A DNA stretch of 64,000 nt, taken from NCBI GenBank assembly GCA_036489495.1, contig DASXFR010000069.1, positions 45,232 to 109,231 on the forward strand, in the 5' to 3' direction. Below are positions 1 through 9,450 of this stretch, in pieces. The translations under genes and the position numbers were made by a program. Within the stretch, counting starts at the first letter, position 1; every line of letters begins with the position of its first letter. Origin of the DNA: Acidimicrobiales bacterium (lineage in GTDB: Bacteria; Actinomycetota; Acidimicrobiia; Acidimicrobiales; RAAP-2). The notes under the pieces are model-generated. The model did not search any database. It worked only from the letters and a program-made list of their open reading frames with translations, and had not been told where the DNA came from.

Positions 1-700
1 CCACCACCGGGTCCCCCGGCCGAATCCGGCGGTTGCCCGGCCGGGCGTGGGGTTTGGCGGAGTTCTCACCGGAGGCCACGATGGTCTCGAAGGCGCTGTC
101 CTCGGCCCCGGCCAATCGCATGGCGTGATCGAGGGCGGCGGCGAAGCCCGACTCGGTCAGGGCGCGGTCGGTTCCCTTCCCCGAGCCCACCGCCGCCAAC
201 AGCGGGAGCACTTCGGCCAGCCCCTGGTCGGCGATGGCGGCCGCCCGTTCCATCCGGAGGATCTCACTGGCGTCCTTCACCACCCGGAGCCCCTCGATCA
301 TCCCCTGGGTCGGCAACAGCTCGACCGCCTCGAAGATCTCCGCCCATGAGCGTTGCCCCGCCCACGTCACGTCGTCAGCTTCCAGACCGACCCGGACGGC
401 CGATCCCACCGCCCCGGCCAAGGCGTCCCGCTGGGCCTGGACACCGCCCACCACGATGGTCACCGCGTCGCCGACGCCGGCGGCGTCGAGCTGCTCGGCC
501 GACTGGGTCCGGTACCGTCCATCGGTGGTCAGCACCGCTCCCTTGTCGCTCACCAGCAAGACGCCGGCCGACCCCGAGAACCCGGTGAGCCAGCGGATGT
601 TGGCCGGGGTGGTGACCAGCAACGCATCGATGGCGACACCGTCCTCATCGACCGGGTCGAACCGTTGTCGCAGCCGGTTCATCCGCCCCACCACCGACAT
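1..700 (-). CDS. Xaa-Pro aminopeptidase / M24B family peptidase, 5' part only (3' end lies beyond the window start)
   Basis: My own minus-strand translation from ATG 700 (alt. ATG 682) reads MSVVGRMNRLRQRFDPVDEDGVAIDALLVTTPANIRWLTGFSGSAG...ETIVASGENSAKPHARP. That is a creatinase-N domain plus the M24 TIVASGxNSAxPH pattern. It is absent from the ORF track because no stop falls inside the window. Its position after aroQ matches the mycobacterial aroD-pepQ order. Confidence 0.8.
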   Translation of the reverse strand, partial: MSVVGRMNRLRQRFDPVDEDGVAIDALLVTTPANIRWLTGFSGSAGVLLVSDKGAVLTTDGRYRTQSAEQLDAAGVGDAVTIVVGGVQAQRDALAGAVGSAVRVGLEADDVTWAGQRSWAEIFEAVELLPTQGMIEGLRVVKDASEILRMERAAAIADQGLAEVLPLLAAVGSGKGTDRALTESGFAAALDHAMRLAGAEDSAFETIVASGENSAKPHARPGNRRIRPGDPVV

Positions 701-737
701 CGGGGGAAGGTGATCGGTGTCGGTCATCGCCGGCACC

Positions 738-1196
738 TCACGGCTCCGATCGGGCGACAAGAATCCGGTGGACCGCCTCCACCGCCAGCCCGTAGCCCAA
801 CCCGCCGAATCCGGCGATGCACCCGTGGGCCACCGGGGCAATCACCGACAGGTGACGGAAGGGCTCGCGGGCGGCCGGGTTGCTGAGGTGCAGCTCGACC
901 ACCACTCCGTCGAACGCCGCCAGGGCGTCGTGCAGCGACCACGACGTGTGGCTGAGGGCTCCGGCGTTGACGATGATTGCCACCGCTCTCCCCCGGGCAC
1001 CCTGGACCGCCTCGACCAGCTCCCCCTCGTGGTTGGTCTGGAGGTGCTCGAGATCCAGGCCCAACCCGGCCGCCGCCTGGGTGGCGGTGGCGACATGGTC
1101 GGCCAGCGTCTCGGGTCCGTAGACGTCCGGCTCCCGGTCGCCCAACAGGTTCAGGTTGGGTCCCGACAACAGCACGATGAGTCCGGAGTTGCTCAC
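738..1196 (-). CDS. aroQ: 3-dehydroquinate dehydratase, type II
   Basis: The 152-aa ORF carries the LSGPNLNLLGDREPDVYG signature of type II dehydroquinases. Its GTG start overlaps the aroB stop as GTGA (1193-1196). Confidence 0.95.
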   Translation of the reverse strand: MSNSGLIVLLSGPNLNLLGDREPDVYGPETLADHVATATQAAAGLGLDLEHLQTNHEGELVEAVQGARGRAVAIIVNAGALSHTSWSLHDALAAFDGVVVELHLSNPAAREPFRHLSVIAPVAHGCIAGFGGLGYGLAVEAVHRILVARSEP

Positions 1197-2260
1197 GATC
1201 TAGGTTCCATCTCTGCCAGGGTAGCGAGCACCTCGGACGGCGCGACGTCCCGCACCGGTTCGGGTCCCCGGGGACCGTCCAGCACGAAGGTCAGGTCATG
1301 GTGGGCCTTCTTGTCCCGGGCCATGAACGAAAGCAGCTCTTCGGCGTCGGCCCCAGCCGGAAGATCACCCGACAGGTCGAAGGCACCGATCACTCGACGG
1401 TGGAGGGCGACCCGTTCATCGTCGATCCGCCCGAGCCGTCGGGCCAACAAGGCGGCGAAGACCAGGCCGATGGCCACCGCCTCGCCGTGGCGGAGGTCCC
1501 ATCCATGCTCCGGCCCGAAGGCGGCCGCCTCCAGGGCGTGGGCCAGGGTGTGCCCGTAGTTGAGGATCATCCGGCGATCACCCTCCCGCTCGTCGGATGC
1601 CACCACCTCCGCCTTGATCTGAACGCATCGGGCCACCTGGTCGACGAGATCGAGAGCGAGCAGGAACTCGTCGGGTCGGGACGGCGACCCCGGGGTCGAC
1701 AACCCGTCGAGGAAGGCGTACTTGGCCATCTCGCCGCGCCCCGACGCCCATTCCCGGGGCGGAAGGGTGGCCAGGACCTCCGGATCGCACAGCACGGCCC
1801 GGGGTTGCCAGAAGGCTCCGACTAGATTCTTCCCCTCGGGAAGATTGACGCCCGTCTTGCCGCCGATGGCCGCGTCCACCTGCCCGACCAACGTGGTCGA
1901 GACGTTCACGTAGGCGGTCCCCCGCTGGAATGATGCGGCGGCGAATCCGGCCAGGTCGGTCACTACCCCGCCTCCGACGGCGATCACCACATCCGCCCGA
2001 CTGATGCCGGCCCGGGCGAAGCCCCGGGTGAGTTCCTCCACCCCGCTCAGCGTCTTGGCCCCCTCACCGTCCGGCACCGTGAACACGTCGAACGGCAGGC
2101 CCGGGTCAACCGCCACCGGAATGCCGGCCTGGGTCACCACCGCCGCCCGTCGGGCCGACGGGACCGACGCCGAGACCACTTCGGCCAGTAGCTGGCGGGC
2201 ACCGTCCCCCACCACTACGTCGTAGGCCCGCTCCCCCAAGGCCACCGGAATCCGGATCAC
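1193..2260 (-). CDS. aroB: 3-dehydroquinate synthase
   Basis: The C-terminal 355 aa of track ORF 1193..2713 carry GGGVVTDLAGFAAASFQRG...VDAAIGGKTGVNL. The N-terminal 151 aa of that ORF are Arg/Gly/Pro junk overlapping aroK. An in-frame GTG at 2260 overlaps the aroK stop (GTGA). Confidence 0.92.
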   Translation of the reverse strand: MIRIPVALGERAYDVVVGDGARQLLAEVVSASVPSARRAAVVTQAGIPVAVDPGLPFDVFTVPDGEGAKTLSGVEELTRGFARAGISRADVVIAVGGGVVTDLAGFAAASFQRGTAYVNVSTTLVGQVDAAIGGKTGVNLPEGKNLVGAFWQPRAVLCDPEVLATLPPREWASGRGEMAKYAFLDGLSTPGSPSRPDEFLLALDLVDQVARCVQIKAEVVASDEREGDRRMILNYGHTLAHALEAAAFGPEHGWDLRHGEAVAIGLVFAALLARRLGRIDDERVALHRRVIGAFDLSGDLPAGADAEELLSFMARDKKAHHDLTFVLDGPRGPEPVRDVAPSEVLATLAEMEPRS

Positions 2261-2793
2261 CCTCCGGCCCCGTTCTCGGCGTCGACCAGACCGGCCCCGG
2301 CCAGCACCCGCTCGACCACCGTCTCCGGGGCGAGCCCGTCGACGTCGATCACCAGGTGGGCGATCGACGCGTAGAGAGGACGGCGGACCTGGTCGAGCGA
2401 CCTCAGCGATTCCAGCGGATCGTCCCCCAGGAGTGGCCGGCCCTCGCCGCCCCCGACCCGGCTCCCGAGCGTCGTCGGTTCGGCCCGTAGCCAGACCACC
2501 ACCCCGGAACCGGCCAGCAGGGCGCGGTTGGCCTCCGAGAGGACCGCCCCTCCAGCCACCGAGATCACCACCGGCGCCGGGTCGGCGACCGCTTCGGCCA
2601 GCACCCGGCTCTCCTCGGCCCGGAAGGCCGGCTCCCCGTCCTCGGCGAAGATCTCCGGCACCGTGCGGCCGGTGGCGGCCAGCACCTGGGCGTCGGAATC
2701 GAAGAACTTCCACCCCAGTCGGGCGGCGGCCAGCTGCCCGACCGTCGTCTTGCCTGCCCCCATCATCCCCACCAGCAACAGCCGATCAGCCAT
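2257..2793 (-). CDS. aroK: shikimate kinase
   Basis: The 178-aa ORF has the Walker A motif GMMGAGKTTVG and lies between aroC and aroB. Confidence 0.93.
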   Translation of the reverse strand: MADRLLLVGMMGAGKTTVGQLAAARLGWKFFDSDAQVLAATGRTVPEIFAEDGEPAFRAEESRVLAEAVADPAPVVISVAGGAVLSEANRALLAGSGVVVWLRAEPTTLGSRVGGGEGRPLLGDDPLESLRSLDQVRRPLYASIAHLVIDVDGLAPETVVERVLAGAGLVDAENGAGG

Positions 2794-4018
2794 CGGTCGG
2801 TGGCGGGGCCGCCGCCGACGGCGTCTCTCCCAAACCTTTCAGATAAGCCACCCGGTTGCGCCGGAACTCGGTCACCGAGTCACCGCCGAACTTCCGGAGG
2901 GCTTCGCCGGCCAGGACCAACGACACCATGGTCTCGCCCACCACTCCCATCGCCGGCACCGCGGTCACATCGGTCCGCTCCTTGAAGGACACAGTGGTTT
3001 CCTTGGTCACCACGTCGACCGTCTCGAGTGACGGACGGTTGAGGGTGGCCAGTGGCTTCATCGAGGCCCGGGTCACGATGGGGGAACCGGTGGACACCCC
3101 GCCCTCGATCCCGCCGGCCCGATGGGTGTCCCGCATGTACCCGCCCCCGAGCTTGCCGGCCAGGGCGGTCTCCCGATCCTCGGACTCGGGGTCGGCCACC
3201 CGGATGGCGTCGTGGGCCACCGACCCCCGAAGGGCCGGCAGGTCCAGCCCGTCGCCGATCTCCACCGCCTTGATGGCCTGGATGCTCATCAGCGCCTGGG
3301 CCAAGAGGGCGTCGAGGCGCCGGTCCCACTGCGCGTAGCTGCCCAGCCCGACCGGGACGCCGTAGGCGATGATCTCGGCCACCCCGCCCAGCGAGTCGCC
3401 GTCCTTGGCGGCCGCCTTGATGGCCGCCACCATCCGGCCCTCGGCTTCGGGGTCGGCGCTCCGTACCGGGGATTCGTCGATGCGCTGGCGGTCCTCGAAG
3501 GTCGGCAACACCCCGGCCTCCGACCGCTCGGGGCCGATCTGGACGATGTGGCTGAGGACGTCGACGCCGATCTGGGCCAATAGCAGCTTGGCCAGCGTCC
3601 CGGCCGCGACCCGGGCGGCTGTCTCCCGGGCGGAAGCCCGTTCGAGGACGTCACGAGCATCGTTCAACCCGTACTTGAGCATGCCGGCCAGGTCGGCATG
3701 CCCGGGCCGGGGCTGGGTGAGGACCTTGGTGGGGAGACCCGGAGCCGGCGACATCTCCTCTTCCCACTTGGGCCACTCGGTGTTGGCGATCTCGATGGCA
3801 ATCGGCGATCCGAGGGTGCGGCCGTGGCGGACCCCGGCCACCAGGGTCACTTCGTCGGCCTCGAAACGCATGCGGGGACCCCGGCCGAAGCCGAGGCGGC
3901 GCCGGGCCAGGCCGAATTGCAGATCTTCGGTGGTGACCAGCAGCCCAGCCGGCATGCCCTCCACGATCACCACCAGGGCGCGACCATGGGACTCTCCGGC
4001 GGTCAAATAGCGAAGCAT
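2786..4018 (-). CDS. aroC: chorismate synthase
   Basis: The internal Met of ORF 2786..4117 gives MLRYLTAGESHGRALVVIVEGMPAGL, the canonical chorismate synthase N-terminus, for 410 aa in total. Confidence 0.95.
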   Translation of the reverse strand: MLRYLTAGESHGRALVVIVEGMPAGLLVTTEDLQFGLARRRLGFGRGPRMRFEADEVTLVAGVRHGRTLGSPIAIEIANTEWPKWEEEMSPAPGLPTKVLTQPRPGHADLAGMLKYGLNDARDVLERASARETAARVAAGTLAKLLLAQIGVDVLSHIVQIGPERSEAGVLPTFEDRQRIDESPVRSADPEAEGRMVAAIKAAAKDGDSLGGVAEIIAYGVPVGLGSYAQWDRRLDALLAQALMSIQAIKAVEIGDGLDLPALRGSVAHDAIRVADPESEDRETALAGKLGGGYMRDTHRAGGIEGGVSTGSPIVTRASMKPLATLNRPSLETVDVVTKETTVSFKERTDVTAVPAMGVVGETMVSLVLAGEALRKFGGDSVTEFRRNRVAYLKGLGETPSAAAPPPTDG

Positions 4019-4055
4019 CTGGGCAAATCTACTCGGGGTGCCGAACCCCCTGGCT

Positions 4056-4859
4056 CTAAGTGGTCCCGAAAAAGCTGTGGGCCAGGTGAGCTCCGAAGAA
4101 CACCGCCAGCACCGCACCCACCGACAGGGCGGGGGCGAACGGGATCCGGGTCTTCCGACCCGAGGCCAGCACCGCCATCATGATGAGGCCGAACACCATG
4201 CCGATCAGGAAACCGCCGAAGAAGGCCAGATAGGCGTGCACCAGGCTCAGATAGCCGACGCAGATTCCGATCACCCCGGCCAGCCGGACGTCGCCGAACC
4301 CCATCCCCTGGGGGATGAACCACCAAATGGTGAAGAAGAACCCGAAGGCCACCGCGCCGGCGATGGCCGAGCCGCTCAAATGCTGCCACTGATGGTCGAC
4401 CCCGGCGGTAGCCACCAGCAACGGGACGATCAGGACGAGGGCGGCGTAGATCAACCGGCGGGGAACCAGACGGTAGGACAGGTCGGTCACGGCCACCACC
4501 ACCAACAGGGCGAAGAGCACGCAGAACGGCGCCAGCACCAGATCGGTACCGAAATGCACCGCCCCCAGGCCGAACAGGGCCCCGGTGAGAACGGCCGCCG
4601 CCACTGTCCGGACCACGGAGGGGCCCCGCACCACCAGATGGCTCGGGGTCGCGATCGGCGCCGGGTCGGCGTCGTCGGTCAACGGGGGTTCAGCGATCGG
4701 CGCGGCGCCGACCTCGGCCTCACGCTTCTCGGCCGCGTCGGCCCGCTTGCGTAGCTCGTCCTGATGGCTGCGGTCGGCCAACCGCTGGCCGATGGGGTCC
4801 AACGCTCCACCGGCGGCCAGTCCGGCGATGGTCGCCCCGGCGAGAAGGACTGCGTTCAC
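4056..4859 (-). CDS. prepilin peptidase (A24 family aspartic peptidase)
   Basis: The protein is polytopic with both catalytic-Asp contexts (VAVTDLSYRLVP and GMGFGDVRLAG). I chose the GTG start at 4859 so the N-terminus begins at the first TM segment. The longest ORF reaches 4946. Confidence 0.8.
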   Translation of the reverse strand: MNAVLLAGATIAGLAAGGALDPIGQRLADRSHQDELRKRADAAEKREAEVGAAPIAEPPLTDDADPAPIATPSHLVVRGPSVVRTVAAAVLTGALFGLGAVHFGTDLVLAPFCVLFALLVVVAVTDLSYRLVPRRLIYAALVLIVPLLVATAGVDHQWQHLSGSAIAGAVAFGFFFTIWWFIPQGMGFGDVRLAGVIGICVGYLSLVHAYLAFFGGFLIGMVFGLIMMAVLASGRKTRIPFAPALSVGAVLAVFFGAHLAHSFFGTT

Positions 4860-4978
4860 CCGTTGAAACGTACCGGACGATCCCGGTGGATGGGCGCATC
4901 GTTCGCGCCCCGGAGGCAATCGTCGGTTCCGGACGCCGTTGGTCACGCGGTTGGCTCACGCCTGTCATCATTGGGAGC

Positions 4979-5728
4979 GTGACCCCAGCCCGACCCCGCG
5001 TGCCCTCCGATGCTCACGAATGGATCAGCTTCCAGGATCCCGACGAGGAACGGACGTGGCAGTTCGACGTGACCTTTCTCACCAGCCCGTGGACCTGCAT
5101 CTACGGTCAAGGTTGCCAGGGGGTTCTCACCGGTCCGGCTCCGGAGCTCGAACAGGGGTGCTGCTCCTACGGCGCCCACTTCACCGGCAAGAAGGACGCT
5201 CGCACCGTCGAGAAGGCGGCGGCGGATCTGACCCCCGATCTCTGGCAGTTCCATCGCCAGGGCCGCAAAGGGGTGGTGAAGAAACTCCCGGACGGAGAGC
5301 TCGCCACCCGGATGGTCGATGGCGCGTGCATCTTCTTGAACCGGCCCGGCTTCCCGGCCGGGGCCGGGTGCGCGCTGCACAAGTCAGCCGAGCGGCAAGG
5401 GCGAAGTCACGTCGAACTGAAGCCGGAAGTGTGCTGGCAGCTTCCTCTCCGGCGGGAGGACGAATCGTCGCCCGATGGCCACGTCACCTCGGTGATCCGT
5501 CAGTGGGATCGCCGCCACTGGGGCGAGGGGGGCGAGGAGTTCCATTGGTGGTGCACCGAGGATCCGGCGGCGTTCATCGGGCACGAACCGGTGTACGTGA
5601 GCATGCAGACCGAACTGGTCACCATGACCGGTAAGAAGGTCTACCGCCGGCTCAGCGCCTACCTCGACGAGCGGATGATCCCGCGGACCAAGGTCTCGCT
5701 GCTCCCGCATCCCGCCACCCGCGGGTAA
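4979..5728 (+). CDS. conserved Cys-rich hypothetical protein
   Basis: The ORF has protein-like composition, with clustered cysteines (WTCIYGQGCQG, GCCSYGAHF, GACIFLN, GCALH, CWQLP). The start is uncertain: GTG 4979 is chosen, and the longest ORF starts at 4886. I recognise no family name with certainty. Confidence 0.6.
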   Translation: MTPARPRVPSDAHEWISFQDPDEERTWQFDVTFLTSPWTCIYGQGCQGVLTGPAPELEQGCCSYGAHFTGKKDARTVEKAAADLTPDLWQFHRQGRKGVVKKLPDGELATRMVDGACIFLNRPGFPAGAGCALHKSAERQGRSHVELKPEVCWQLPLRREDESSPDGHVTSVIRQWDRRHWGEGGEEFHWWCTEDPAAFIGHEPVYVSMQTELVTMTGKKVYRRLSAYLDERMIPRTKVSLLPHPATRG

Positions 5729-5740
5729 CCCTCGCCGCCG

Positions 5741-5950
5741 TCACTCGGCCAGCGGGTCGTCCTCGGCATAGGTGGACCGGCTCGGGGTGGTCCCCAGGAT
5801 CTCGTCGTACTCGTCCTCGGTGGCCAGGCACCAGGAGGCGTGCTTGTCGTCGGGTTCTGCCCCGCATTCGGGGCAGCTCCGGTTCGCGGTCGCGACCGAG
5901 CGCTTCAGACTGCGTGCCTCTTCGAAGCGGCGATGCCGACCCTTCTTCAC
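5741..5950 (-). CDS. small zinc-ribbon-like protein (69 aa)
   Basis: GTG 5950 is preceded by ACAAGGAGTTTCG, an AAGGAG Shine-Dalgarno at 5-nt spacing. The product VKKGRHRRFEEARSLKRS...CPECGAEPDDKHASWC has CxxC...HxxxC followed by an acidic tail. The longer track ORF (to 6238) is an Arg/Pro-rich extension. Confidence 0.6.
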   Translation of the reverse strand: MKKGRHRRFEEARSLKRSVATANRSCPECGAEPDDKHASWCLATEDEYDEILGTTPSRSTYAEDDPLAE

Positions 5951-6089
5951 CGAAACTCCTTGTCCCCGGACTGTCCCCGGCCAAGACGGCGCCCAAACAC
6001 AGCCCACTGGGCCGGGGCAACCGCCGTCCACCGATGCGCCCTCAGTGTAGTGCGGGCCACAGGCGGTCGTAACGCGGAAAACACCACTG

Positions 6090-6095
6090 TACGAT
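6090..6095 (+). promoter_or_regulatory. -10-like TACGAT 6 nt upstream of the GTG at 6102 (leaderless candidate)
   Basis: A TANNNT hexamer is followed by a 6-nt spacer and the start codon, with no Shine-Dalgarno. Confidence 0.4.
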
Positions 6096-6101
6096 CGTTG
6101 G

Positions 6102-6338
6102 GTGCCCGAAGGATTCGACCCCCAAGCCATGATCGAGCGGTTCCGGGACCGGGCAAATGCCGTCCGCGACCGGGGCCTCCCCCCCATCGAGGGACCTGAG
6201 CGCCTGCGCTTCAAAGAGCAGATGCAGGCCGACTTCATGGACTACGCCATGCTCGGGGACGCCCAGGCGGAGTTGGTGGACGGCATTCTCACCCTCCGGA
6301 TCGACCTCCGGCCGAAGGACTCCGCCCCGGAGGGCTGA
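6102..6338 (+). CDS. small hypothetical protein (78 aa)
   Basis: The composition is balanced (MPEGFDPQAMIERFRDRANAVRDRGLPPIEG...). The GTG start lies 6 nt after a TACGAT -10-like hexamer, suggesting a leaderless transcript. Confidence 0.5.
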   Translation: MPEGFDPQAMIERFRDRANAVRDRGLPPIEGPERLRFKEQMQADFMDYAMLGDAQAELVDGILTLRIDLRPKDSAPEG

Positions 6339-6348
6339 GGGCCGCCAG

Positions 6349-6954
6349 TCAGCCCCCGTAGTTCATCCGGGTGTCCTCCATCCGGAGCACGTCGCCGGCC
6401 CCCGGGCCGTCCTCCGGTCCGGAGCCGCCGCCGGCCAGCTCCCCGACGTCCACCACTTCGCCGATGTACAGGACATGGCTGCCGTCCTCGGCCGGACCCG
6501 CCTCCAACTCCACCGTCTGGCGGAGGGCGCAGGCCAGCCAACCCACCGCGGCGGGCAGGACGGGTACCCCTCCGGTGACCTCGACCACCGTTTCACCCTG
6601 AATGGTGGTGAGGTTCTGACCCGGACCGAATTCCACCTCGGTGGCCGGCTTGACGAACCGGCGCACCATCGCCCGATCGGACCGGGCGAGGATTGAGATC
6701 GAGAACACCCGGCTCTCGCCGATCAGGCCGGCGGTGACCGCAGCTTTCTCCACCGCCACCGCCACCAGCTTCGGAGTGGTCGATACCTGCATGACCAGAT
6801 TGGCGACCATCAAGTTGGCCCGGTCGCCGGCCCGGCTCCCGACCACGAACAGCCCGGTGGGCATCGACCACAACACCCGGCGCCGTCGGCGGTCGTACTC
6901 CTCGGGGTCTTGGCCAAGGGGAATGGGCCCGATGATGCTGGTACCGGTGGACAT
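6349..6954 (-). CDS. flavin reductase family protein
   Basis: The 201-aa ORF contains LWSMPTGLFVVGSRAGDRANLMVANLVMQVS, typical of the Flavin_Reduct domain. Confidence 0.8.
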   Translation of the reverse strand: MSTGTSIIGPIPLGQDPEEYDRRRRRVLWSMPTGLFVVGSRAGDRANLMVANLVMQVSTTPKLVAVAVEKAAVTAGLIGESRVFSISILARSDRAMVRRFVKPATEVEFGPGQNLTTIQGETVVEVTGGVPVLPAAVGWLACALRQTVELEAGPAEDGSHVLYIGEVVDVGELAGGGSGPEDGPGAGDVLRMEDTRMNYGG

Positions 6955-6958
6955 GTCC

Positions 6959-7483
6959 TCAGCTCCCGAACGGATCGACGTTGGCCGGGGCGCTGGTGGT
7001 GGTGGTGGAGGGCACCTTCCCGGTCACCGCGGCGATGCGCTCGAGGGCGGTGTTTATCTGGGTCTGGGCCTTGGTCCGCAAGGTGGCCGAGGTGGCCAGC
7101 AGCTTCTGGTCACCGTTGGCCCCGTTGTAGCAGTCGGTACCGGCGTCATAGGCGGTGGCATAGGCGGCGGACAGGTCGTCGGACAGCTGCTGGTCCGGGG
7201 TCGGCAGGTTGCCGTTGGCGGTCCCGGCGTCATCCACCAACAGCCCGCACACCGATCGGATCTCTCCAGCCGGGTCGTGCTGACGGAACGCCAGATCCAC
7301 GTTCTTGATGTCCACCTCGACCGTTCCGATCGAGCCCCCGGCACCCGCCCCGTTCACCCACGCCGTCAGCCGATGGGCAGGGGTCCCCGCCTGCTCCTGG
7401 GCGGCACAGCCGGCCAGTGCCATCGAACCGATCGCCACCGCGGCAGCCACCGCCGCGGTGCCGGCCGGCCGTCTGACCCTCAA
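6959..7483 (-). CDS. putative lipoprotein
   Basis: The signal peptide reads (M)RVRRPAGTAAVAAAVAIGSMALAG|C, with an LAGC lipobox. An in-frame TTG at 7483 overlaps the TGA of the upstream gene as TTGA. The longest ORF reaches 7546. Confidence 0.65.
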   Translation of the reverse strand: MRVRRPAGTAAVAAAVAIGSMALAGCAAQEQAGTPAHRLTAWVNGAGAGGSIGTVEVDIKNVDLAFRQHDPAGEIRSVCGLLVDDAGTANGNLPTPDQQLSDDLSAAYATAYDAGTDCYNGANGDQKLLATSATLRTKAQTQINTALERIAAVTGKVPSTTTTSAPANVDPFGS

Positions 7484-7953
7484 GCCGGGTACCCGGTGCG
7501 GTCGGATTGCCACGACGGGTCGAGCTGCCGGAGGAAGGTGGCACACCGCTCCTCTTCACTGTGCTCACCGATCGAACCCGCCGCCGAGCGCAGGCCGTCG
7601 AGGCACCGGAGGAAGGGACGGTTCTCCTCCTGGGCCCAACGCACCGTCCCCGAACCCTTCCAGCCCGCCCCCCGGAGGGCGTCGAGCCCCCGGTGATAGC
7701 CGACCCGGAAGTAGGCGTAGGCCTCGACATCGTCGCGGGCCAGCGATCCGAGGGCGGCCCAGGCGGCCAGCGACTTCGGCTCGGACCGCACGACGTCGGC
7801 CACCGCGTGCCGGCGGCGCTCGCCGGGTTGGTCGAGGGCGGATCCGAGGGCGGCCACCACCGCCTCGGATTCGGGCGGCAGGATCGTTTCGGGGAGTCCC
7901 GCCGTCAACCTCACCGGTGACGCATCGGAGGTCGGTTGGGCGGGTGCACTCAT
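7480..7953 (-). CDS. DUF3151 family protein
   Basis: The 157-aa ORF carries AWAALGSLARDDVEAYAYFRVGYHRGLDALRGAGWKGSGTVRW, which I recognise as the actinobacterial DUF3151 pattern. Confidence 0.75.
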   Translation of the reverse strand: MSAPAQPTSDASPVRLTAGLPETILPPESEAVVAALGSALDQPGERRRHAVADVVRSEPKSLAAWAALGSLARDDVEAYAYFRVGYHRGLDALRGAGWKGSGTVRWAQEENRPFLRCLDGLRSAAGSIGEHSEEERCATFLRQLDPSWQSDRTGYPA

Positions 7954-8010
7954 GGAGGCGAGTGTAGGGCGGCGCCGACCCGGCCCTCCTTCGCCCCACC
8001 GTCGCGGCGA

Positions 8011-9291
8011 TCAGACGAAGCTGACCAGGTGGTAGTTCTTCTTGCCCCGTCGCACCAGCAGATACCGGCCGGCGAGGAGATCGTCGGCCACCAGCATCCG
8101 GTCGACGTCGGCCTCCCGGTGATTGTTGACGTAGACGCCACCCTGCTCGATGGTGGTCCGGGCCAGGGTCTTGGACTTGACCCCGATCTCGACCAGGAGG
8201 TCCACCAGCGGCAGACCGCCGGCGTCGAGCCGGCTCCGGGGCATCTGGGTGGAAGGGGCGTCGGCAAAGACGTCGAGGAGCGAACGCTCGTCGAGGTCGG
8301 CGACCTCGACGCCGAACAGGGCGGCCGCCGCCCGTTCCGCCCCTTGGGTTTCCTGCTCGCCGTGCACCAGGGTGCACACCCGGCGGGCCAGTTCCCGCTG
8401 GGCGTCCCGGCGTTCGGGGTGATCGGTGGTGGCCTCGTCGAGGGCGGTGATCTCCTCGGCGGAGAGAAAGGTGAAGTAGCGGAGATAGGTGCCAACCACC
8501 GCGTCCTCGCTCCGGACGAAGAACTGGTACAGCTGATAGGGGCTGGTGCGGTCGGGGTCGAGCCACACCGTCCCGGTCTCTGTCTTCCCGAACTTGGTGC
8601 CGTCGGCCTTCAACACCAACGGCGTGGTCAATCCCCATACTTCGGCCTGCCGTACCTTGCGGATCAGGTCGATCCCCATGGTGATGTTCCCCCACTGGTC
8701 ACTCCCGCCGAGCTGGAGGGTGCAGTTGCACTCGTCGAGCAGCTGGAGGAAGTCGTAAGCCTGCAACAACATGTAACTGAACTCGGTGAAGGAGATGCCC
8801 TGCCCGTCGCGGTCGAGCCGGGATCGCACCGAGTCCTTGGCCACCATCTGGTTGACGGTGAAATGCTTGCCGACGTCGCGTAGGAAGTCGAAGAGGCGGA
8901 GCTCGGTCAGCCAGTCGGCGTTGTTCATCAATCGGGCCGGCGCGTCGCTCCCCGGCCCGAAGTCGAGGAACCGCTCGAGCTGGCCTTGGATGCCGTCGAG
9001 GTTGGCTTGCAGCGATTCCGCCTCCAGCAGCGATCGTTCCTCCGACTTCCCGCCCGGATCACCGATGAACCCGGTCCCTCCCCCGGCCAGGGCGATCGGT
9101 CGGTGTCCGGCCAGCTGGAGGCGCCGCAGGGTGCACAGCTGCAGCAGGTGGCCGACATGGAGGCTGTCGGCGGTCGGGTCGAACCCGGTGTAGGCGGTCA
9201 GCCGATCGGTGTCGAGACGTGCCTCGAGGGCCGGGTCGGTCATCTGGTGGATGAGCCCCCGAAAGCGGAGATCCTCGGCAAGTCCGGACAT
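8011..9291 (-). CDS. tyrS: tyrosine--tRNA ligase
   Basis: The internal Met of ORF 8011..9642 gives MSGLAEDLRFRGLIHQ. The HIGH motif (SLHVGHL), KMSKS-like motif (KFGKTETG) and C-terminal S4 domain are present, for 426 aa. Confidence 0.95.
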   Translation of the reverse strand: MSGLAEDLRFRGLIHQMTDPALEARLDTDRLTAYTGFDPTADSLHVGHLLQLCTLRRLQLAGHRPIALAGGGTGFIGDPGGKSEERSLLEAESLQANLDGIQGQLERFLDFGPGSDAPARLMNNADWLTELRLFDFLRDVGKHFTVNQMVAKDSVRSRLDRDGQGISFTEFSYMLLQAYDFLQLLDECNCTLQLGGSDQWGNITMGIDLIRKVRQAEVWGLTTPLVLKADGTKFGKTETGTVWLDPDRTSPYQLYQFFVRSEDAVVGTYLRYFTFLSAEEITALDEATTDHPERRDAQRELARRVCTLVHGEQETQGAERAAAALFGVEVADLDERSLLDVFADAPSTQMPRSRLDAGGLPLVDLLVEIGVKSKTLARTTIEQGGVYVNNHREADVDRMLVADDLLAGRYLLVRRGKKNYHLVSFV

Positions 9292-9450
9292 GGACTCAGC
9301 CTGCCACGTCGGCACCACCCGCCGGCAACATCCGGTGCCTACCCCGACGCGGCTGCCACCTCTGCCGCCCACCCGACGGGGACCGATACGCTCCGATGGC
9401 CGGTCGTCGGTGGCGGAATCCGTTTCCGCCCAGCCATCAAGGAGTCCGCG

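Noticed and set aside
9292-9450. A T-box leader upstream of tyrS.
   Set aside because: The spacer is only 159 nt and is shared with the divergent oxygenase gene. I see no specifier-loop or T-box (AGGGTGGNACCGCG-like) sequence and no terminator/antiterminator pair.
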